The notes beneath the pieces were generated by a model that saw only the letters and a list, made by a program, of their open reading frames with translations, was not told the origin of the DNA and made no database searches. 64,000 nucleotides of DNA from Eledone cirrhosa (taxonomy: Eukaryota), in NCBI GenBank assembly GCA_964016885.1, contig OZ024740.1, positions 364,870,001-364,934,000 on the forward strand. Direction: 5' to 3'. The stretch's first letter is position 1. Every line of letters begins with the position of its first letter. Made by a program: the position numbers and the translations under genes. Of the stretch, positions 56,255 to 64,000 are shown in pieces.

Positions 56255-56540
56255 GGAGCGTGGAGGCACGTGACCTAGTGGTACGGGTCTTAGACTTACG
56301 ATCATAATGTCGTGGTTTCGATTCCTGGGTTGCGTCTTGTGTTCTTGAGCAAAACATTTCATTTCACATTGCTCCAGTATACTGAGTTGAAAAGGAGTAC
56401 CAGCAATAGCTGGAGGTTTAACCCTGCAATGGACTGGCGTCCTGTCCACGAGGGAGTCTTGTTATCTCAGACGCTTCATGCCATGAAACCGGGATAAGCA
56501 CTGGCTAAATGAACCTTCTGGCTTAAAACAGACTTTAGAT
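56255..56540 (+). mobile_element. tRNA-derived SINE, second family (shared head/core, different 3' half)
   Basis: A box TGACCTAGTGG, B box GGTTTCGATTCC, CORE-like GTGTTCTTGAGCAAAACA, then CCCTGCAATGGACTGGCGTCCTGTCCA. Flanked by (TA)n on both sides. Confidence 0.85.
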
Positions 56541-56555
56541 TTTATATATATATAT

Positions 56556-57916
56556 TACCTGGCATTCGTCGATCTGGTGAAAGCCTTTGACAGAGTCCCC
56601 CGTGCTATAATCTGGTGAGCTCTTAGAAAACTAGGAGTAGATGAATGGCTTGTGAAAGCTGTAGAAGCCATGTATAGGGGAGCAATCAGCAAAGTTAGGA
56701 TTAGCAATGACTATAGCGAGGAATTTAGCATACAGGTAGGTGTCCACCAGGGCTCTGTTCTTAGCCCTCTCCTGTTCATCATAGTTTTGCAGGCAATAAT
56801 GGAGGAGTTTAAGACCGGGTGCTCATGGGAACTCCTATATGCAGATGACCTCGCACTTATAGCTGAATCTATGGTAGAACTAGAGAAGAAATTCCAAACT
56901 TGGAAGCAGGGACTAGAAAGAAAGGGTCTCAAAGTCAACCTGACAAAGACTAAGGTCCTTGTAAGTAGGTGAGAAAACAGAACCCAGATCCCCTCAGGGA
57001 AATGACCTTGCTCAGTATGTAGGAAAGGTGTAGGTAGGAACTCCATCCACTGGCCCAAATGCAAACAATGGGTACACAAGAGATGTGGGACCTCAGGAAG
57101 CTTAACTAAGAATGTAGGCTTCACATGTAGCAGCTGTGTTGGGACAGTAAGCAGCAAACAGCCACAGGAAACAAGCACCACCAAACTCTGGGAGGGCTCT
57201 GTAGAAACAGTAGACAGCTTTTCCCTAAAAATGAAAGGCAGACTGTATGATAGTAATGTTACATGGTAGTGAGACCTGGGCGCTGTCTGTAGAAGACTTG
57301 CATAGATTAGAAAGAAATGAAGCCTGCATGCTCCGATGGATGTGTAATAGTAATATACATGAACGGTAAAGCATAAACGAATTGAGAGAGAGACTGAGCA
57401 TAAGAGGAATCAAATGCTGCGTGCAGGAGAGGCGGTTACGCTGGTATGGACATATGATGCGTATGAAGGATGACAGCTGCATAAAAAGGTGCAGAGCACT
57501 AGAATTCGATGGAAGTCACGGAGTGGGGAGACCCAAGAAGACCTGGGATGAGGTGATAAAAGCCGATCTTATACAATTACACCTCTCAAAGGCAATGATA
57601 CACGGCCGTGACCTCTGGCATCATGCAGTAATACAGAAGACCTGACTTCCCACAGGTACAAGCCAAAGCTGAAGCATATAGACAATATGCCCCTGCCCCC
57701 TCCCACTGCAAAGAGGTGTCACCGCAAAAAAGCACCCAGTCCACAATGTAAAGTGGACGTGTAGGCGCCACGGAAAAAAAGTATCCAGCTGTAGAAATCA
57801 AGCCTTAATCAGTTTCCGTATGAACAAGCCGAACGGACACTGCCCACAACAGGACAACCCGTCTAACCCATGCTAGAGTGGAAGAACGGACGTAAAACGG
57901 TGATGATGATGATGAT
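56556..57916 (+). pseudogene. 5'-truncated RTE-clade LINE: reverse transcriptase, Cys/His finger, C-terminal domain, 3' UTR and (GAT)n tail
   Basis: Translates YLAFVDLVKAFDRVPR..W*ALRKLGV..GVHQGSVLSPLLF..LLYADDL (YADD at 56838-56849)..GLKVNLTKTK..CSVC..WVHKRC..CSSC..KGRLY..LHGSETW..RRLRWYGHMMRM..GRPKKTW. Contains several stops, a frameshift and an internal deletion. Ends GGACGTAAAACGG(TGA)n. Confidence 0.95.
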
Positions 57917-57920
57917 ATAT

Positions 57921-58492
57921 ATCATCATCATCATTTTTACGTCCGCTTTTCCACATTTGGAACTCTATTCTTCGTGTTTCTTCATCATCTCATCTGTGAG
58001 TTTCAGTGATTTGACATTAGCTCTCACCACCTTTGCCCAGGTCTTCCTTGATCCACTTCTACTGTGGCTTTTTTCTCTTGGGAGTTCTTGGCACTTCTTC
58101 ACTCAGCAATCATCATCCATGTGTATAACATGTCCATACCAATGCAATCTCTCTTGCTCACTACTTCTGAGTCCTCTTAAAATCAGTTTTTCTCTCCATT
58201 CATCCAAGCTCTGCATTTCTCACAAACTAACATTGCACATCCATCAAAGCATGGTTGCTCTCCATCCTACACATGTCCTCTGCAGTCACTGCCCATGTAT
58301 CACTACCATGCAGTATTGCACTTCGCACACAGGTATCTTATGGCCGTCCTTTCATTTGTAGGGAGAAACCTTTTGTTGTCAACAGAGGGGGTTGCTCTCT
58401 TACCTTCTTCCATCCTATTCTTATTCTAGCTTTTATTCTCTTGGAGCACCCTCCTCTACTGCTAATTAGATCACCATAGGTAAATGACAAGA
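57921..58492 (-). pseudogene. 3' fragment of a related RTE LINE in opposite orientation
   Basis: Minus-strand translation SFTYGDLISSRGGCSKRIKARIRIGWKKVREQPPLLTTKGFSLQMKGR, then decayed HGSDTW and KTWAKVVRA segments. Same GGAAAAGCGGACGTAAAAA(TGA)n tail. Confidence 0.9.
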
Positions 58493-58755
58493 TGTGATGC
58501 CTATTCACAAAAGTTTTGAATTGATATTTTGAAACAAAATAAGAATAAGATTTAATAATGTAATTTTGATTTACAAAAAATTTTGATTTACAAAAGATGT
58601 TTTCCAATTTTTCATGCACTACATTTTACATTGAGTAATATTGAAATGCAGAGTTTTTCTCCATAAATGATATCACTGATTTAAAATCAATCATCATTTT
58701 CTTACAAAAGAAAATGTGTGAAACGAAACGCAGCAAGGCGCAGGTAATTCGGCTA

Positions 58756-58758
<3 letters not shown>

Positions 58759-58803
<45 letters not shown>

Positions 58804-58816
58804 TATATATATATAT
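58759..58816. repeat. (TA)n microsatellite
   Basis: About 28 TA units with one interruption. Confidence 0.95.
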
Positions 58817-59372
58817 ACCTTGAAAAAAGGCAACGTCAACATGGAAACATGATAAAATCTTGCAACCAAGAGAGCCCAGTGGTGATGTGGAGGAATTTGA
58901 AAAGAAGTAGAGGGCCTATGCCGAAGTGAAGCGGGCAACTAAATATATGGGGATGTTAGTCAGCTCCCAGAATGAGGTTTGAATGCAACTCTTACCTGTG
59001 AGGAATATGAACATGTATGTATGTCAAAGGCTGGGTTACTAAGTCACAGCAGACATCATACTCACAGAAATAACACCTTTGAGTACCCCATACACCTTGA
59101 TTTTGCATGTGGCATCTGCAACAAAATGTGTCACTCTGCAAGTGGGTTAACACGGTGCCACAAGGTGTGCCATGCCAACCAGACACAAGAAGGAGAGAAA
59201 CTTAACTTCACACTGTGTGGTATGGCATGTAAGTTACTTCCTGGTTTGAAAAGTCATCTAAGGTGGTATCAGCGACAGCAACATCAATAACATGTTTTTG
59301 GAATTGTCTATTTGTCCATTTTTTTTTTTCGTTCCAAGAAGTGGCTGTATTCGGACATAGTAGGCTTTCCAC
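58817..59372 (+). pseudogene. 3' fragment of an RTE-BovB-like LINE ORF with three degenerate C2H2 zinc fingers
   Basis: TLKKGNVNMET**NLATKRAQW* resembles the RTE C-terminal LK..I...WE.LA.DR..WR motif. It is followed by VEEFEKK*RAYAEVKRA and fingers CEEYEHVCMSKAGLLSHSRHH, CGICNKMCHSASGLTRCHKVCH and TLCGMACKLLPGLKSHLRW. Stops and frameshifts present; TA-rich tracts on both sides. Confidence 0.75.
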
Positions 59373-59664
59373 TATGTATATTTATATAATTAGGAGACAA
59401 AGCAAGTCATATAGAGCAGAGAGAGCTTCGGCTGTTTCCTCACTCACTCTATGGGACACCAAGTTCGTATTATTAAAATTCGAACCCAGCTGGCCAGATT
59501 TCATGTGAGTAAGATGATATGATACCCGAACAGCTATGACAGTTTCCCCAATACTGAACTGCTGGTCGTGCGCCAAAAGGTACAGTCATGGGCAGAGTGT
59601 TAGGTATTGATAGTACATATTAAGTAATCGGTGTAGGATCATATATAAAATAAAGAAAACATTT

Positions 59665-60222
59665 CTCAATGCACACTAATAGTTCTTAGCACATTAGGAA
59701 AACAAAACATACGAAATATTCTTCAAAAGTTAAAGTTCTTGTTGTTGAGTATAGTATTCGTAGCAGAGCATTAATATTTAAAATGAAGAAAAACCAAGAT
59801 CAACAACTTAAATCCATTCTTTAATGTCTATGTATGTTTATACAGGTGATAATGGTACATGCATATATAAAAAATAAGTTAATCAGAAACAGTTAATTAG
59901 CAATTATTTACACACAATACATATAACATCTGCATATTCTCAGGAGTTACATAAAGGAATAAAGTTTAGCCAAATACAAATTATAGAAATAGACACTACA
60001 TCAAATGTTGGACATTGGCAACTGTTTAACTAAGACTCTACATGAAATGGTTTTAATCTGCAAAGTTGTTATAGATTGTGTTTATAAGTTGAGGTAGAAT
60101 GAACACCATTCTTCTTGTATAATCTACCAGTACTATACTCAACAACAAGAACTTTAACTTTCGAAGAATATTTCGTCCGTTTTGAATTCCTAATGTGCTA
60201 AGAACTATTAGTGTACATTGAG
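59665..60222. mobile_element. MITE/foldback-like element with 99-bp inverted repeats
   Basis: 59665-59763 versus the reverse complement of 60124-60222 matches 91/99 with no gaps. AT-rich non-coding 360-bp spacer. No clear TSD. Confidence 0.75.
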
Positions 60223-60269
60223 CTTCTCTCACCTTACCAAAGGTGATAGTGGAATATACTCCATTATAA

Positions 60270-60749
60270 TCACTTACGAAAGGACGGTTATATGATGCTT
60301 GTGTGAGATGCACGATGCTGCATGGTAGTGAGACATGGGCAGCAGCTGCAGAAGATATGCGACGGCTGGAGAGAAATGAAGCAAGTATACTCCGTTGGAT
60401 GTCTAATGCTAATGTGCGTGAACGACCAAGCATAGACGAGTTGAGAAAGAAACTGGGTATAAGAGGGATAAGTTGTGGTGTGCAGGAGAGAAGGCTGAGA
60501 TGGAATGGACATGTGATACGCATGGAAGATGACCGCTGGGTAAAGAAGTGCCAAGAAATCCCAGTAGAAGGAAGACGCAGTAAAGGTAGACCACGAAAAA
60601 CATGGGCGGAGGTGGTGAGAGCAGACCTCAGATCGCTGAAACTCACCGAGGAGATAATGAAAGACCGTGACAAGTGGAGAGATGCTGTGCTGAAAAGGAC
60701 CTGTCCAACCCTTGCAAGCAAGGAAAAGTGGACGTAAAATGATGATGAT
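60270..60749 (+). pseudogene. 3' fragment of RTE LINE (same group as 56556-57916), frame still open
   Basis: SLTKGRLYDACVRCTMLHGSETW..RLERNEASILRWM..RRLRWNGHVIRMEDDRWVKKC..GRPRKTWAEVVRADL..DRDKWRDAV, then GGAAAAGTGGACGTAAAAT(GAT)3 and (AT)n. Confidence 0.95.
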
Positions 60750-60756
60750 ATATATT

Positions 60757-61008
60757 TATGACACAGAGGAGACTGAGGTTAGCTGGACATGCTCACCGAC
60801 ATTCAGAGTTGACATTGCAGTCAGTGCTCCTTTGGGAGCCCCTACATGGACATACTGGAAGAGGAAGACCAAGGTTAACGTATGTTGATGCCCTAAGGAC
60901 AGACACTGGTCTGTTGGAGACGCAGGACATGGCAGCGATAATGAGGGACAGAGACCACTGGAGAGAACTCGTCCATGGATCTCGGGAATTTTACCCGCCT
61001 TAGATAGA
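60757..61008 (+). pseudogene. 3' fragment of a distinct RTE-group (RTE-X-like) LINE
   Basis: RRLRLAGHAHRHSEL..VLLWEPLHG..GRGRPRLTYVDALRTDTG..MRDRDHWRELV, a non-LTR ORF2 C-terminus. Stop is followed directly by (TAGA)2(TA)n. Subclade name tentative. Confidence 0.8.
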
Positions 61009-61030
61009 TATATATATATATATATATATA

Positions 61031-61089
61031 TAACCCATGCTAGCATGGAAAGTGGACGTTAAACGATGATCATGATGATGGATGATGAT
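61031..61089 (+). mobile_element. Extremely truncated RTE/SINE 3' tip inside (TA)n
   Basis: TAACCCATGCTAGCATGGAAAGTGGACGTTAAACGATGATCATGATGATG matches the 3' ends at 57864-57916 and 60706-60749. Confidence 0.85.
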
Positions 61090-61127
61090 ATATGTATATA
61101 CATACAGATACAAACATAAATGTATGT

Positions 61128-61236
61128 ATTAAGTGTTTCCTGGTGAACAGAGCCCAGCATGTTTTGATTGAAGGAATATGATCAAGCTAAGCCTCAGTCA
61201 GTAGTGGCGTCCCACAAAGAATTGTGTTGGACCCCT
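61128..61236 (+). pseudogene. Short CR1/L2-group reverse transcriptase fragment
   Basis: IKCFLVNRAQHVLIEGI*SS*ASVSSGVPQRIVLDP matches the FL.NR.Q.V.I.G..S....V.SGVPQGSVLGP motif. Not in the supplied ORF track. Confidence 0.75.
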
Positions 61237-61550
61237 CCGGGGAATCCTAATAGGGGGGTTTAACCCCCATTAGGGTGTCTTAATATTATTGAAATTTTGT
61301 GAATAGGCATTATATCTTGTCATTTACCTATGGATTAAATTTCATATAAATCGAAGGGAAAAACATTTTCAACGGGGGTTTTGTGCCCCCGGTGAACCTT
61401 TTGATTAAAATGAAATATATTTATCCAAGTATCCTGGGCAATGTAGTTTCAGAATATATATGGTTATGGGGGTCTATCTCCAAAACCATTGGAGGAGTTC
61501 GTGAACAAACAAACAGACAGGAATACAACTTTATATATATATATATATAT
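61237..61550 (+). mobile_element. Probable non-autonomous Helitron-like element, 3' part
   Basis: AAATTTCATATAAATCG internal motif and terminal GGAGGAGTTCGTGAACAAACAAACAGACAG...ACTTTATATATAT resemble invertebrate non-autonomous Helitrons with (ACAG/ACAA)n near the end. GGGGGTTTAACCCCC hairpin near the left end. Recognised by pattern only. Confidence 0.45.
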
Positions 61551-61725
61551 TTATTAAAATAACAGATTAAAGTTTAAGCAAAGAATCGCTGCTTTCACCC
61601 TTAACGGTATCTTCTGAAACTTGTCGAGCTCTCTTTGGATTTTAGTCTTCACATTTATTATTATTACTATATATATTTATATGTCACAGATACAACTCTT
61701 TATACACAGACACACATAAACACAT

Positions 61726-62300
61726 ATCATCATCATCATTTAATGTCTGTTTTACCTGCTAGCAAGGATTGGGCTGGTCTACATAGGCCAAGTCAGTACT
61801 GAAGTGAGGTTACTGACATCCCAGACAGGCCAAGGGTCTGCATCTCACTTACGTATGGTCATACATCCCATTAAGTGCTTATGTGAAGTTGTGTCTTTTA
61901 ACACAAACTGAAGGGACCTTCTAACCTCTTGTTTGGTATGCTTTCTATGACCAGCCATGCTTTACAGCATGTACTGGGTGCTTTTATCATGTAGATCACC
62001 AGTACTTGTCATGTTCTTGACACAATTGACGGGTCCTCCTAACCCTTTGTTTGCCAAGCTTTCTGCAGCTGGATACCATTCCTATCACCAGCCACTTTAC
62101 AGCATGTAGTGGGTGTGTTTCTGGTGTAGATCACCAACACTAGAGCAATTGTTGTGTCTTTGACACAACTGAAGGGTCGTTTCAAGCTTTTAATCATGGT
62201 TTCTACAGTGGGGTGCCCTTCCTGGCACCAATCACCTTGTGGGTACATTTTCATGGCACCGTTACTAGTGAGGTTGTAGGTCATAGAACCAACCAAAGAG
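61726..62300 (-). mobile_element. Second copy of the RTE-tailed non-autonomous element with internal repeats
   Basis: (CAT)4TTAATGTCTGTTTTACCTGCTAGCAAGGATTGG tail. Repeated TTTACAGCATGTA.TGGGTG..TGTAGATCACCA and TTGACACAA.TGA.GGG units. Homologous to 53275-53830. Confidence 0.6.
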
Positions 62301-62312
62301 ACCTCTCTTCTC

Positions 62313-62580
62313 TGGGGAAGGAGGCAGTAGGGGAGGGAGATAGGTTATAGGTGTATGTTGTGATTTGGCAGGGTGGTGAGTAATGGGTAGCGGTGGCTGA
62401 TTAGTGTATGAGCAAAGTGGATGTAGTGGTTGGTTTGCAGGATATGGTTGATAGAGTAGGGAGGGCATGATGGCGAAATAGGTAAAGAGGGTAAGGGGTG
62501 GTAGCAGGGGTAGAGAGAGAGTTGCTACTAGGGTTCAATGGAGAGGATAGCTAATGGGTAGTGCTAATGGGGCGAGGGCA
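62313..62580. repeat. G/A-rich low-complexity tract
   Basis: Strong purine/G bias (GGGGAAGGAGG..GGGGAGGGAGA..GGGGTAGAGAGAGA). Confidence 0.6.
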
Positions 62581-62695
62581 CACATGCATGGGTCAGGTCA
62601 TATTGTGTGTTTGTGGCTGGGTCTTCATCATCACAGCATCACACCAGACCTTTTGTTCCTTAGTCATCTCAGTTGTGAGACTAAGTTTTTTAAGG

Positions 62696-62748
62696 TCACA
62701 ACACACACACACACACACACTCTCTCTCTCTCTCTCAGTATATATATA
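62696..62748. repeat. (CA)n(CT)n(TA)n compound microsatellite
   Basis: Directly visible. Confidence 0.9.
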
Positions 62749-63734
62749 TTTAGAGTTTGTTTAGTTTATTTGTAGTAGTGTAGTAAGAGTTAATGTTGCA
62801 AGATGAAGTTGATGAAGTAGTTGAATGAGTGTTTTATTGGTCAACTCCATGGCAAGTGAGTGGTGTGTGTCCCAGTTAGTCTTGAGAATTATTGCTGTGA
62901 AGTCTTGCCACCGTCGAGAAAACTAATAGTTGTAGTCACATGTTGTGGTAATGTGATATTGCTACGGGGAAAAATATTTTCCACAATCACATGGGTATGA
63001 ATTTTTATATGTTTTTATTGGTTGCAGGATTTACTTCAAAATCATGTACTGTAATATAATTGTAGTGTTGTAGTGTTGATTGTGTGTGTAAATGTAGAAT
63101 CTAAAAGTAGTGAATTTACTAACATTTGGTTGATGTTGATAGCCATCCCTCCTACCCTGCAGGGCTGGCTAGGAGTGTGTGTATGTGACTACATCATGAA
63201 GTGTGCTGTCTGTATGCTGCAGAGTAAAGAAACTAACTGTGCTCTATGGTAGAGCGAAGAAATAGGCTCTAGGGTAAAAATCTCTTGTATTTATAAGGAT
63301 TGTGCACCCAGAAAACATTAAACAGATGGCCCCTGATAATTTCCATTTAAACAAAGGCAGTAATTCTTTTTTGGTCCCTCACCCCACCCCTGCTATTAGA
63401 CCAAACAAGAGAATTGGTATCTCAGTTAGTCTGACTGAGGTTAAGGGTCAGGGTGTTGATAAAGCAACCACATGAGAACATGGAAATGGTTTTAATACAC
63501 ACACACACACACACACGTATATATATATATATGTATGTATATATACCTTTATTTTATACAGAAATGACATTAACAGGACTAGAACTGTTTCATTCATATG
63601 AAATCATCAGTTCCAGTGATGTCGAAGACATTTCTAAGTGAAATAAAGATCTCTATACACTACTAAAGTATTGAGTACCTTTTCAACTGGGATCACCTCA
63701 TGATACCCATCGGAAATTTACCCATTATATATAT

Positions 63735-63885
63735 ATCTACCTTCCTATTTCACCACTTTCTACTCTCACCCCTCTTTCTTCCCCTCTCTTTCTCCCTATC
63801 TACTCTTACCCCACTTTCTTCCTCTCCCTCTCTCCCTCTCACTTTCACCCCTCATCTGACCATTTAGCAGTTCTCTTCTCACTCA
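63735..63885. repeat. C/T-rich low-complexity tract
   Basis: CCCTCTTTCTTCCCCTCTCTTTCTCCC... Confidence 0.75.
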
Positions 63886-64000
63886 CAACTGCAGCGATCA
63901 GACGTGTGTCTTGTTTCTCTTGATTACTTGGTCTTGAACTTAAGTTCTTTTATCGAGTGGTCTTGGATTTCCTACCTATAGTTGCTCGCACATTGTTCGG

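Noticed and set aside
54186-56330. tRNA genes at the A/B-box motifs
   Set aside because: No intact cloverleaf; each head continues into a SINE body.
59430-59545. Possible SINE head on the minus strand (GGGTTCGAAT B-box)
   Set aside because: Only the B-box is recognisable; no supporting body or second copy in the window.
60243-60273. Small imperfect palindrome at the 5' junction of the RTE fragment
   Set aside because: Short and AT-rich; compatible with chance.
56711-60721. Long ORFs antisense to LINE fragments (56711..57184, 57870..58361, 60053..60721)
   Set aside because: Shadow frames of RTE coding remnants on the opposite strand.
61596-61632. Hammerhead-like remnant (CCTTAACGG...GAAACTTGTC)
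   Set aside because: CUGANGA box absent and stems not supportable.
62039-63641. Short ORFs in the last 2 kb as host exons
   Set aside because: They overlap repeats or microsatellites and show no recognisable protein motifs. Small exons cannot be excluded without RNA data.

Overview
Eukaryotic (animal) non-coding DNA with no supportable host protein-coding gene, RNA gene or CRISPR array. Bases 1-52560 are one uninterrupted head-to-tail satellite array of a 63/64-bp monomer (about 825 copies by length/period). Consensus: AACCACAGTCAGTATATGTTCTATAGTACTAACAATTAGCTAAACATATC-CTC(C/T)(T/C)CC-TTCTCTC. Each monomer pairs a conserved, dyad-symmetric AT-rich part with a hypervariable polypyrimidine tract. 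Rare variants reveal several 1.5-3.9 kb tandem duplications and a recurrent multi-monomer cassette. The array ends abruptly at 52560. The last 11.4 kb is a dense mosaic of microsatellites, tRNA-derived SINEs, decayed LINE fragments (three RTE-group families and one CR1-group), MITE/foldback elements and a probable non-autonomous Helitron. This repeat landscape resembles a coleoid cephalopod (octopus-like) genome, which is inference only. The most notable patterns are the satellite's internal architecture and duplication history, repeated retroelement insertion into (TA)n tracts (including a tail-to-tail palindromic RTE pair), and several long inverted repeats. I did not find a convincing new gene system. 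Coordinates were counted by eye and may be off by a few bases.
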